Source of the DNA: Planctomycetota bacterium
GTDB lineage: Bacteria; Planctomycetota; Planctomycetia; Gemmatales; Gemmataceae
Reading direction: 5' to 3'
DNA length: 64,000 bases
Assembly: GCA_016191165.1 (NCBI GenBank)
Contig: JACPPF010000050.1
Coordinates: forward strand, 2,088-66,087
Every line of letters starts with the position of its first letter. Position 1 is the first letter of the stretch. Below the pieces are notes generated by a model. The model did not search any database and was not told the DNA's origin. It saw only the letters and a list, made by a program, of their open reading frames with translations. This document shows positions 8,544-17,188 of this stretch, piece by piece. Made by a program: the position numbers and the translations under genes.

Positions 8544-9032
8544 TCAACGCACTGACAGGTCCAGGGCCGCGAACGGTTCGGCGCCACCCTTTCCGCCGGA
8601 GTTTTTGAGTTCCAGGCGAAGCAGGTAAACGCCCGCCCTGGGCGCTGCAAAAGTCAACTCCCCCTCGGCCTTGTCCTCCACCTTGAAGTCCATCGTGAAG
8701 GCGCTTTCCGCCACCACGTTCTTGTTCAACTTGGGAACCTGCGCCTGATTCGGCTTATCAATCCTGACGGCAAAGAAATGAACCAGGACATCCTTGGCCG
8801 TCGTCTTGCCGGTCCTGCGCACGGTCCATTGAATCTTCACGGGGTGTTTCGCGGAAGACACGAGAACCAGGCGCGGCGCCCCTTCCTTGATGACCGGATA
8901 CGTCGCGGTGCCCCCGCCTTCCTTGGCGGCGCTGGCTTTCAATTCGATTGTGAACTCAACGGCTCGGAGGACGGACGCGCCGAGCACCGAGCAAAGAAAA
9001 ACCCCGAAGACAAGAGCAAGCCAGCGAAACAT
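8544..9032 (-). CDS. secreted hypothetical protein, paralog A
   Basis: Signal peptide MFRWLALVFGVFLCSVLGA. C-terminal GVYLLRLELKN...FAALDLSVR matches paralog B. Confidence 0.6.
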   Translation of the reverse strand: MFRWLALVFGVFLCSVLGASVLRAVEFTIELKASAAKEGGGTATYPVIKEGAPRLVLVSSAKHPVKIQWTVRRTGKTTAKDVLVHFFAVRIDKPNQAQVPKLNKNVVAESAFTMDFKVEDKAEGELTFAAPRAGVYLLRLELKNSGGKGGAEPFAALDLSVR

Positions 9033-9274
9033 GGGAATTGCCAGGTCTAGGAAACTGGGTCGGCGCCGCATGGTCATTATCCGAGATTCATGGACCTGTC
9101 GCAAGGACATTTCATTTTGCAAGCCAGGGGCAACGTGCGCGAAACCGCACGCGGGGTAGGAGATCGTTCTTTGGACACGTCATTATTTTCTTGCGTTTTG
9201 TGATTCGCATTGTGCCGTCGCGATGTTATCATACATACCTGCAATTTGCCGTCCCGCCCGCCTTCGAGAAATTC

Positions 9275-11422
9275 ATGGCACGAACCGCTTTGATCTTGCT
9301 GTCCTGCGTCGTCTGGGGAATGGGCCCTCATTCGCATGCCGGCGAACGAGTCGATTACGCGCGTGACATCGCGCCGATTTTCGCGAAGCGCTGCATTCGC
9401 TGTCATGGCCCGAAGCGCGCCGAGGGCGGCCTGCGCCTCGACGTGCGGCGCCGCGCCCACATCGGCGGCGACACCGGACCGGCCCTTGTCCCGAAACAAA
9501 CCAAAAAAAGCGAACTGCTGCGCCGCATCAACGCGGGAGACGACAAACGCATGCCCCCAGCGGGCGATCCCCTCACTGATAAGCAGAAAGACTTATTGCG
9601 TGCCTGGATCGAGCAAGGCGCCGCCTGGCCTGACGAGCTGGCCGGCAAGGAGGATCACCAATCCCACTGGGCGTTTCGGCCCGTGAAACGTCCGCCCGTT
9701 CCGAAGGTGAAGAACCGCCCGCACGTGCGAAGTCCGATTGACGCGTTTCTCCTGGCCCGGCTCGAATCCAAGGGATCAAAACTGTCGCCGCCCGCCAGCG
9801 CGACGACGCTGCTGCGCCGCTTGCATCTCGACCTCATCGGCTTGCCCCCGACGCCTGACGAGGTCGATGCATTCGTCAAGGATTACTCAGCACCCAGCAC
9901 TCAGCACTCAGCACTTGAAAAGGTCGTCGCGCGTTTACTCGCCTCGCCGCATTACGGCGAGCGCTGGGGCCGGCACTGGCTCGACCTGGCGCGGTTCGCC
10001 GAGAGCGATGGGTATGAGAACGACAACCTGCGTCCGCACGCCTGGCGCTATCGCGACTGGGTGATCGACGCCGTCAATCGCGATTTGCCTTTCGATCGGT
10101 TCACCATCGAGCAACTGGCGGGCGACCTGCTGCCAAATGCCACCACCGAGCAAAAGGTCGCCACGGGATTACACCGCAACACCCTGTGGAACTCGGCTGC
10201 GTCGGGCGACAAGGAGGAATTCCGCACCTACGCCATCCGCGACCGCGCCGACACGACCGCCGCCGCATGGATGGGCCTGACGCTCGGTTGCGCGAAGTGT
10301 CATTCGCACAAGTACGACCCGATCAGCCAGCGCGAGTATTATCAGTTCTACGCTTTCTTCAACAACACCAATCATCAGGACATCGCTTTGCCCGACGGCG
10401 GCAAGGCCATGACGCTGATCGAAAAAAAACGCGTCACGCACATTCACAAGCGAGGCAATTTTCTGCACAAGGGGGACGAGGTCGTTCCGGGTACGCCGAC
10501 TTTTCTGCCGCCGCTCACAATGCGCGGGAAGATGGCCGATCGGCTCGATCTGGCCCGCTGGCTCGTCAATCCAAAACATCCGCTCACCGCCCGCGTCACT
10601 GTCAATCGCATCTGGCAACAACTGTTCGGCGTCGGCCTGGTGGCAACCCCCGAGAACTTCGGCCTGAGCGGCCAACCGCCCAGCCATCCCGAACTGCTCG
10701 ACTGGCTGGCCGATGAATTCGTCCGCCTCAAGTGGAGCCAAAAAGCGCTGATCCGCGCGATCGTCTTGTCGGAGGCGTATCGTCAACGGTCCGTCGTAGG
10801 TCAGGCTTTCGAGCCTGACGCCCGCGAGAAAAACGTCAGGCTGGAAAGCCTGACCTACTTTTCGCGCCAGAACCGCTTCCGCGTCGAGGCCGAGATCGTG
10901 CGCGACCTGGCCTTGGCGGCGAGCGGCCTGCTGGATCGCAAGCTCGGCGGACCGTCGATTGTACCGCCGTTCCCGGAGGGCTTGCTCGCGCAACGTTTCC
11001 AGGCGGAGGCGCTGCGGATGCCGACGAAGGCCCACCATCGCCGCGGCGTCTACATCCACGTCCAGCGCACGTTGACCTACCCGATGCTGGCCGCCTTTGA
11101 TGCCGCCGATGGGAATCAGCCGTGCCTGCGCCGTGACCGCAGCACGACGCCAATGCAGGCGCTCACGCTGCTCAACGATCCGGTGTTCACCGAGGCGGCC
11201 AAAGCGCTGGGAGCACGCCTGCAAAAATCGGCGGCGGAGCGCGACGAACGGTTGCGCCTCGGCTTTTTGTTCTGCCTGGGTCGGGCGCCCAAGGCGCGGG
11301 AGCTCGGCGTCCTGAGCGACCTGGTGGCGGTGCAACAAAAACTCGGCGCCAGCGAGGACGCGATTTGGACGGGCGTGGCGCGGACGCTCCTGAACCTCGA
11401 CGAATTCATTACCCGGGAATGA
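9275..11422 (+). CDS. PSCyt1 / DUF1549 / DUF1553 (planctomycete cytochrome-c-domain) protein
   Basis: Signal peptide, CIRCHGP (CxxCH), LLASPHYGERWGRHWLD (DUF1549-type) and a C-terminal DUF1553-like region. ATGA overlap with the DUF1501 gene. Contains an in-frame 63-nt palindromic element. Confidence 0.9.
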   Translation: MARTALILLSCVVWGMGPHSHAGERVDYARDIAPIFAKRCIRCHGPKRAEGGLRLDVRRRAHIGGDTGPALVPKQTKKSELLRRINAGDDKRMPPAGDPLTDKQKDLLRAWIEQGAAWPDELAGKEDHQSHWAFRPVKRPPVPKVKNRPHVRSPIDAFLLARLESKGSKLSPPASATTLLRRLHLDLIGLPPTPDEVDAFVKDYSAPSTQHSALEKVVARLLASPHYGERWGRHWLDLARFAESDGYENDNLRPHAWRYRDWVIDAVNRDLPFDRFTIEQLAGDLLPNATTEQKVATGLHRNTLWNSAASGDKEEFRTYAIRDRADTTAAAWMGLTLGCAKCHSHKYDPISQREYYQFYAFFNNTNHQDIALPDGGKAMTLIEKKRVTHIHKRGNFLHKGDEVVPGTPTFLPPLTMRGKMADRLDLARWLVNPKHPLTARVTVNRIWQQLFGVGLVATPENFGLSGQPPSHPELLDWLADEFVRLKWSQKALIRAIVLSEAYRQRSVVGQAFEPDAREKNVRLESLTYFSRQNRFRVEAEIVRDLALAASGLLDRKLGGPSIVPPFPEGLLAQRFQAEALRMPTKAHHRRGVYIHVQRTLTYPMLAAFDAADGNQPCLRRDRSTTPMQALTLLNDPVFTEAAKALGARLQKSAAERDERLRLGFLFCLGRAPKARELGVLSDLVAVQQKLGASEDAIWTGVARTLLNLDEFITRE
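9886..9922. repeat. heptamer tandem repeat CTCAGCA/CCCAGCA x4 + CTTGAAA inside the DUF1553 CDS
   Basis: Same architecture as the right arm at 42005-42038. Translated as SAPSTQHSALEK. Confidence 0.75.
10796..10858. repeat. family A double-hairpin palindrome (GTAGGTCAGGCTTTCNAGCCTGAC-spacer-GTCAGGCTGGAAAGCCTGACCTAC), copy inside a CDS
   Basis: 63 nt and in frame within the DUF1553 gene. Translated as VGQAFEPDAREKNVRLESLTY. Confidence 0.9.
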
Positions 11423-12849
11423 AAAACATGATCGATTTCGACGAACTAAGGACGCGCCGCCGTTTTCTCACCAGCGCCGCCGGCGGCCTCGGTGTCGCGG
11501 CTCTGGCGTCCTTGCTGCGCGATGATGGGTTGCTGGCGCAAGAGGCCGTCACCCCCAACCCCGCTCCCGGTGGGCGAGCGCTGGCCGTGCCGCATTTCGA
11601 GCCCAAGGCGCGAGCGGGCATCTTCATCTTCCTGATCGGCGGCATCAGCCAGGTCGATCTCTTCGATCGCAAGCCAGTGTTGCAGCGTCTTCATGGCCAG
11701 CGCATTCCCGATTCGTTCCGCCAGGGCGTGCGATTGGGGCAGACGAACTACAACGCGCCCCTGATGGGCGCTCGCCACGGCTTTCGCCGTTATGGCCGCT
11801 GCGGCATGGAAATGTCGGAACTGCTGCCAAATTTCGGCGCGTGCGCCGACGACATCACGCTGATCCGCTCCATGCACCACGAGGCGTTCGATCACGCTCC
11901 GGGCGAGCTGGAAATCTGCTGTGGCAAGGACATCCCCGGTCGGCCCAGCATCGGATCCTGGCTCACCTACGGCCTGGGCAGCGAATCCCGCGACCTCCCC
12001 GGCTACGTGGTTTTGCTGAATGGCCGCTCGCCCAAGGCCCGCAGCCTGATCTGGGGCAACGGCTTCCTCCCCGCGACCCATCAGGGCGTGCTCTTCCGCA
12101 ACCAGGGTTCGCCGATCCTCAACCTGCAAACCCCGCGCGGCGTGACGCCTCAGCTGCACCGCGCCCAGCTTGACGCGATCCGCCGGCTCAACGAGATTCA
12201 CCAGGAAGAAACGCGCGACCCGCGCACCAGCGCCCAGATCGCCGCCTATGAACTCGCCTTCCGCATGCAGTCCGCCGCGCCCGAATTGCTCGATCTTTCC
12301 AGCGAAACGCGCGCCACCATCCAGTCCTACGGCAGCAGCGATTTCGCCCGCAGCCTGTTGCTGGCGCGCCGCCTGGTCGAGCGTGGCGTCCGCTTCGTGA
12401 CCGTGACCCACCACGAGTGGGACCATCACGACGGCATCGCCGCGGGCTTGCCGACCGCCTGTCGGCAGATCGATCAACCCATCGCCGCGCTGTTGCAAGA
12501 TCTCAAACGCCGCGGCCTGTTCGATTCGACCCTCGTCGTGGGAGGTACGGAGTTTGGCCGCACGGCGATCACCCAGGGCAACAACATGGACCGCGCAGGC
12601 CGCGATCATCATCCCCACGGGTTCACCGTCTGGCTCGCCGGCGCCGGCGTCAAGCGCGGCTTCACCCTCGGCGCCACCGACGAGCTGAGCTGGCGCGCCG
12701 TCGAGGATCGCGTGCACACCCACGACTTCCACGCCACCCTCCTGCACCTCTTCGGCATCGACCATCGCCGACTCACGTTCCGGCACCAGGGTCTCGACAT
12801 GCGCCTGACCGACGTCGCGGGCAACGTCGTCGAGAAGGTACTGGCGTGA
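11419..12849 (+). CDS. DUF1501 (sulfatase-fold) protein with Tat signal
   Basis: RRRFLTSAAGGLGVAAL twin-arginine signal. DUF1501 blocks (HHEWDHH, GGTEFGRT, GRDHHP). Confidence 0.9.
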   Translation: MKNMIDFDELRTRRRFLTSAAGGLGVAALASLLRDDGLLAQEAVTPNPAPGGRALAVPHFEPKARAGIFIFLIGGISQVDLFDRKPVLQRLHGQRIPDSFRQGVRLGQTNYNAPLMGARHGFRRYGRCGMEMSELLPNFGACADDITLIRSMHHEAFDHAPGELEICCGKDIPGRPSIGSWLTYGLGSESRDLPGYVVLLNGRSPKARSLIWGNGFLPATHQGVLFRNQGSPILNLQTPRGVTPQLHRAQLDAIRRLNEIHQEETRDPRTSAQIAAYELAFRMQSAAPELLDLSSETRATIQSYGSSDFARSLLLARRLVERGVRFVTVTHHEWDHHDGIAAGLPTACRQIDQPIAALLQDLKRRGLFDSTLVVGGTEFGRTAITQGNNMDRAGRDHHPHGFTVWLAGAGVKRGFTLGATDELSWRAVEDRVHTHDFHATLLHLFGIDHRRLTFRHQGLDMRLTDVAGNVVEKVLA

Positions 12850-13020
12850 TTGGGCCTGGAGCGCCAGCAAGACAAGGGGAAGATTGCATTGAGCTGGCCC
12901 GAATCGCTCGCGCGAGGGTTTGACACGTTGAGCCGCGACCCGAAGGGGAGCGCGAGCAGGAAAACGCCGGGGCGCGCCCACGCTCCTTTTCGGGTCATAG
13001 CTAAACGAATGCGCCATTTC

Positions 13021-13371
13021 TCAACGCGCGGAGTTAAGACTGAACACCAACCCGACAATCCCACCGACGATGGCGCCAGCTATGGTAAAAGCATAAGGTG
13101 CAAGTTCCAGAAACATGTGGCTGACGGGATCAAGGCGCCAATCGACCGGGCCAACCGACGCCGCCATGGTCATGCCGACGACCAGGCCGACTACCCCACC
13201 CCCACCGCTGCTCATCAGGACACGAGCGCATCCTTCGGCATCACGCGCAGGTTGGCTTGGTCTCCATTCGGTCGGATCCGTGGGGGCAGCCGTTTTCTCC
13301 TTGTTCGAAACAGGGAGCGGAGGTTCGCCTTCCCTCACGTCGGTTGAATGAGGCAGTTCGTCGGATGTCAT
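13021..13371 (-). CDS. possible small glycine-zipper membrane protein
   Basis: Two Gly-rich hydrophobic segments (GGGGVVGLVVGMTMAA, AGAIVGGIVGLVF). No homology recognised. A competing plus-strand ORF exists. Confidence 0.3.
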   Translation of the reverse strand: MTSDELPHSTDVREGEPPLPVSNKEKTAAPTDPTEWRPSQPARDAEGCARVLMSSGGGGVVGLVVGMTMAASVGPVDWRLDPVSHMFLELAPYAFTIAGAIVGGIVGLVFSLNSAR

Positions 13372-13525
13372 GGCTTTTCGTGATTACGGGCCGAAAAAAT
13401 TCGTGACAAAAAGCGGACGCCCGGGGGGTTGTTGCGTCGAGACAAACCACCACGAGTTCTTGGCGCAAGCCAGGGGTGAAGCGGGACTCACCCCCGGCTT
13501 GCGCCGGGGGCTGGTGGTAACCTTT

Positions 13526-14905
13526 CTAAAACAATTCCGCGATCGGCTGGCCGCCTTCGGTCACGATGGGTACGGGCCTGCCTTGCGGGTTGAGCCAGTG
13601 CGAATCGAGCGGGATGTCGAGGTGACGGAAGACCGTGGCAGCCAAATCCGACGGGCCGACGCGCCGGCTGTGGATGACCCCGCCGCGGCTGTCGGTGCTG
13701 CCCAGCGTGCGACCGTGGCGCAGACCACCGCCGGCGAGCAGCATCGACATGACGTTGGTCCAGTGGTTGCGGCCCGCGTCGGCGGTCATCACGGGCGACC
13801 GGCCGAACTCGCCCATCATCAGGATCAGCGTCGAGTCGAGCAGGCCACGCGATTCGAGATCGTGGATGAGCGCGGAGAGCGCCATGTCGATGGTGGGCAG
13901 GATTGGCGTCAGGCCGCGCTGGATGCCGCCCCACGGTGGGACGTCGTCGCCGTGATGATCGAAGTACCCCCACCGGCCACTGACGAGCACGAATGTCGTT
14001 CCCGCCTCGACGAGCCTTCGCGCCAGCAGCGCCTTCTCGCCGACGCTGGTTCGGCCATAGGCGTCGCGCAGGCGGTCGGGTTCACGGTGCACGGCAAACG
14101 CTTCCTCGACCCGGCGAGCGACGACCATGTCGTAGGCCTGGTCCGCAAAATTCCCTCTCCCCGCGCGGGAGGGGGCAGCGTGAGGGGGATTGTCCACTTC
14201 CCGGCGCAACCGGTCAAACTGGCGACGCAGATCGGCACGCTCTTGCAAACGCGGCACGTTGATCCCCTGAGGCAGCGCGAGTCGGCCGGGGAGTTCATCG
14301 CCCTTGACTGGTTCATAGGGATGGCCCATGTGTCCGGCGCCCCAGACATCGGCGCGCCACGACGGCGCGAGGCCGACGAACGCGGGCATTGGGAAGCTGT
14401 TGGTGCCTCGGAAGCGGGCAGCGACCGAGCCCATCGACGGATACCCGCCGCCGTCGCGATCGGTGTCCAGCCGGCGCGCGAGCGGATTGCCCGCCTGCAT
14501 CGTGATCGGCGTATGGTTGCTGGTCGAACAATCGATTGAGCGGATCACGGTCAGCTTGTCCATGAGCCGGGCTTGCAAGGGGAGATGCTCGCAAAAGCGC
14601 ACCCCGGGCACACGGGTCGGGATGGTGCGGTACGGTCCGCGAATCTCCCGCGGAGCGTCGGGCTTCGGATCCCAGGTGTCGATCTGGCTTGGGCCGCCGG
14701 AGAGCCAGAAGAGGATGACCGCCTTGCGATCCTGGTTGCGCCGCGTCGGCTGCGCCGGAAGGGTGTTGGCCAGGCCCAGACCAGCAAGGCCCGCGAGGCC
14801 GGTTTGCAGAAACCAGCGCCGCGAGCCGACGCGGATCAGATCGCCCATCGGCGGTTGCAGCGGGCTGATGTGTTGTGCGCGATGCGCAGAGTCTTGCGAG
14901 CGCAT
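13526..14905 (-). CDS. DUF1501 protein with Tat signal
   Basis: SRRWFLQTGLAGLAGLG signal. DUF1501 blocks (FDHHGD, MGEFGRSP, GRNHW). Carries a CCCTCTCCC-type palindromic insert. Confidence 0.9.
   Translation of the reverse strand: MRSQDSAHRAQHISPLQPPMGDLIRVGSRRWFLQTGLAGLAGLGLANTLPAQPTRRNQDRKAVILFWLSGGPSQIDTWDPKPDAPREIRGPYRTIPTRVPGVRFCEHLPLQARLMDKLTVIRSIDCSTSNHTPITMQAGNPLARRLDTDRDGGGYPSMGSVAARFRGTNSFPMPAFVGLAPSWRADVWGAGHMGHPYEPVKGDELPGRLALPQGINVPRLQERADLRRQFDRLRREVDNPPHAAPSRAGRGNFADQAYDMVVARRVEEAFAVHREPDRLRDAYGRTSVGEKALLARRLVEAGTTFVLVSGRWGYFDHHGDDVPPWGGIQRGLTPILPTIDMALSALIHDLESRGLLDSTLILMMGEFGRSPVMTADAGRNHWTNVMSMLLAGGGLRHGRTLGSTDSRGGVIHSRRVGPSDLAATVFRHLDIPLDSHWLNPQGRPVPIVTEGGQPIAELF
14153..14188. 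repeat. family G element inside a DUF1501 CDS
   Basis: CCCTCTCCCCGCGCGGGAGGGGGCAGCGTGAGGGGG, translated on the minus strand as NPPHAAPSRAGRGNF. Confidence 0.75.
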
Positions 14906-15045
14906 GGAACCCCCCTCTTGGAAACCGCCAAAGTTACTTTGATGTTATCGTCGCCATGCCTTGAAATGCAAGAACAAACTTGGCAAATGGAACGCCTGAT
15001 GTTGGTGCTAGGGTTCCTTAATCCAAAAAACTCATAGCGCATGAG

Positions 15046-15402
15046 TCAAGTTTCGATACAAGCCCGAAGCGTTAGCGAGGGAGGATGCGGAAGATTTCCC
15101 TCGCTAACGCTTCGGGCTTGTGTGGCGGGCCTTTTGGTCTGAGGTGACAATTGCAAGCCGCCGGGTCCTTGATTCCCGGGGAGTGCCGCCGGCGGAGGGA
15201 TCACGCTGCCACCTGCCGCGCCAGGGAAGGCCGGCGCCACGGGCACGATGGGCCCTTGCGGAATGGCGACACCGCCGTAGGGCGCCACCTTGTTGGGACC
15301 GAGTTTCCCTGGCTTGAAGTAATCCCAGATATCAACGAGCGGATGGGTGCTGCAACCGGCCAGCAGGCACAACAGTAGCGACCAAAGGCGGCTGCGTTTC
15401 AT
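15046..15402 (-). CDS. lipoprotein (Pro/Gly-rich)
   Basis: Lipobox LLAGC after MKRSRLWSLLLC. The last about 25 codons run into a 25-bp-arm palindrome (15058-15121). Confidence 0.55.
   Translation of the reverse strand: MKRSRLWSLLLCLLAGCSTHPLVDIWDYFKPGKLGPNKVAPYGGVAIPQGPIVPVAPAFPGAAGGSVIPPPAALPGNQGPGGLQLSPQTKRPATQARSVSEGNLPHPPSLTLRACIET
15058..15121. repeat. family F palindrome (25-bp perfect arms ACAAGCCCGAAGCGTTAGCGAGGGA / TCCCTCGCTAACGCTTCGGGCTTGT)
   Basis: Read directly from the sequence. Overlaps the 3' end of the lipoprotein ORF. Confidence 0.9.
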
Positions 15403-15453
15403 GAGGTCGATCCGTGACGATTGGCGCCAGCCCACGCGGATAAATCACCGCGG

Positions 15454-16518
15454 CTAATTGGCGAATCCCAGATGTCGCGCCGGCAGCGAACCAGCGTGAT
15501 CCAAAATCTGACCCAGCGCATCGACTAAACCTTCGACTACCAGACTCAGTTGAACATATCGGCCCACTTGCGTCTCGGTCTCCAAGCAGCGTTCCAGAAC
15601 GGCCTGAATTTTGTCCGGCCCGGCCCGTTGTGCCAGCGATGCCAACAGCGGCAACTCTGCGGGTTCTGCCGACCGTGCGCTTGCGCCGGCCTGGATACGC
15701 AAGACATCGGTGAACGCCTCGATCAAAAGCCTTAGCATCTGGTTGACGCGCCGGCGCTGGGCCGGGGCGTCCTTGCCTGCCTGCTCGGCAAACTCGACGA
15801 ATTGGCGGCTCAGGGCGACGCTGTCGATCCTGGGCTGCGTCAGTCCCTGTAAAAGCGCCCGGCGAAACTGCCAGAGCGTCTCGTCCGCCAGGGCCAGCGC
15901 CTGTCCCGGACTGCCCGCCGCGAGGCGGACCAGGCGTTCGATCAGGGAAGGATTGTCGATGCCCTGCTTGGTCAAAAGCTTTCGGACATGTTCGTCGCTC
16001 AAGGGCGCGAAGCGAACCATCTGGCAGCGCGACTTGATCGTGCTGAGTTGCCGATCGAGGCTCGTTCCCAGCAGAATAAGCAACGACCCCGGCGGCGGTT
16101 CTTCGAGCGTCTTCAGGAAGCAGTTGGCTGACTCGTCGTTGAAATCGTCCGCGTCATCGATGATGGCGATCTTCCCGTGCCCGCGCGCGGCCTTGAAGGA
16201 GAAGTTGCGGCAAAGCTCCTGCATGACGGCGATGGGGAATTCATTTTTATCCTCGGGCCGGGCCACTTGAAACAGATCCGGATGCGTGCCAGCCTGAACG
16301 AGCAGACAGGCGGCGCAGGAATCGCAGGCATCGAGAACGGCCGGGGATGGCCCCGGCGCCTCGCACAGGATCGCCTTGGCCAACTCCAGGGCCACCAGCC
16401 GTTTGCCGACGCCGGGCGGCCCGACGAACAGGTAGGCGTGCGCGAGCCGCTGGTTGGCGACGATCTGGCGGAACGCGTCGATACGCGGTTGATGGCCGAG
16501 GATGGTGGAGAAGGACAT
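15454..16518 (-). CDS. holB: DNA polymerase III delta' subunit
   Basis: HAYLFVGPPGVGKRLVALELAKAILC, the Cys cluster CDSCAAC, and ILLGTS...STIKSRCQ. Confidence 0.85.
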   Translation of the reverse strand: MSFSTILGHQPRIDAFRQIVANQRLAHAYLFVGPPGVGKRLVALELAKAILCEAPGPSPAVLDACDSCAACLLVQAGTHPDLFQVARPEDKNEFPIAVMQELCRNFSFKAARGHGKIAIIDDADDFNDESANCFLKTLEEPPPGSLLILLGTSLDRQLSTIKSRCQMVRFAPLSDEHVRKLLTKQGIDNPSLIERLVRLAAGSPGQALALADETLWQFRRALLQGLTQPRIDSVALSRQFVEFAEQAGKDAPAQRRRVNQMLRLLIEAFTDVLRIQAGASARSAEPAELPLLASLAQRAGPDKIQAVLERCLETETQVGRYVQLSLVVEGLVDALGQILDHAGSLPARHLGFAN

Positions 16519-16570
16519 AGGTGGAAGCCTGATCCCAGGGGTTCGCAACGCTCACCCCTGGGCTTCGCGT

Positions 16571-17188
16571 TTATTGATTCATGCGTTTGGAGATTTCAAT
16601 GCGCAGCATTTCCTGGACAACGTCCGCGGGCGCCGAGGCGTCAATAACGCGCACGCGCCCCGGTCGGCGCTCCGCCTCGCTGAGGAAGCCGGCGCGTACG
16701 CGGGCGAAATAATCGGCGCCCCGGCTTTCCAGGCGGTCGGCACTTGGCTTGCGCCGCGCCATGGAAACCTCAAGGGGTAGATCGAGCACGAATGTCACAT
16801 CCGGTTCGAGGCCGCCGGTCGCGAATTGGCCAACGCGCCAGAGTTCCGCGGGATCGAGTCCGCCAGCATGGCCTTGATAGACAACGTTGGCGAGCAGGAA
16901 CCGATCGGTGAGGACGACCTTGCCCGCAGCGACGGCCGGTCGAATCACCTCGGCGACCAGCTGGGCCCGGCTGGCCATGAACAGGAGCGCCTCCGCGGAC
17001 ATGGCCATAGCGCCGCGGTGATGCAGAAGTATATGGCGCAACTCCTGGCCGAGGTCGGTCCCGCCGGGATCGTGACACAACACGGCTTCGCGGCCCAGCG
17101 TGGCGAGCCAGTCGGCCAGTAGCCGGCATTGCGTCGATTTGCCCGCGCCATCGACGCCGTCCAGGGAGAAAAAAAATCCGCCCGGCAT
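16571..17188 (-). CDS. tmk: thymidylate kinase
   Basis: P-loop LDGVDGAGKSTQ and the DRF motif (LTDRFLLANVVYQG). Size is typical for Tmk. Confidence 0.9.
   Translation of the reverse strand: MPGGFFFSLDGVDGAGKSTQCRLLADWLATLGREAVLCHDPGGTDLGQELRHILLHHRGAMAMSAEALLFMASRAQLVAEVIRPAVAAGKVVLTDRFLLANVVYQGHAGGLDPAELWRVGQFATGGLEPDVTFVLDLPLEVSMARRKPSADRLESRGADYFARVRAGFLSEAERRPGRVRVIDASAPADVVQEMLRIEISKRMNQ

Noticed and set aside
9038-9274. Long N-terminal extensions offered by the ORF track (9038 for the DUF1553 gene; also 18202, 19432, 28918, 43188, 47614, 49277 and 63961 for other genes)
   Set aside because: In each case an internal Met is followed immediately by a signal peptide or by the family-typical N-terminus. 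The extension is Arg/Pro-rich or overlaps the neighbouring gene or repeat.
10169-11338. 389-aa minus-strand ORF antisense to the DUF1553 gene. Similar long antisense ORFs occur at 11446-13017, 13370-14539, 18305-19198, 19149-20132, 20164-21342, 26112-27116, 29162-30256, 56599-57981 and 57915-59660.
   Set aside because: These have Arg/Ala/Gly/Pro-dominated, low-complexity translations with no motifs. Each lies opposite a gene with clear family signatures. Long shadow ORFs are expected at this GC content.
12850-13347. 165-aa plus-strand ORF in the gap after the first DUF1501 gene
   Set aside because: Its composition is Arg/His/Gly-rich. It overlaps the minus-strand ORF, which at least shows two glycine-zipper hydrophobic segments. 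Neither is strongly supported.
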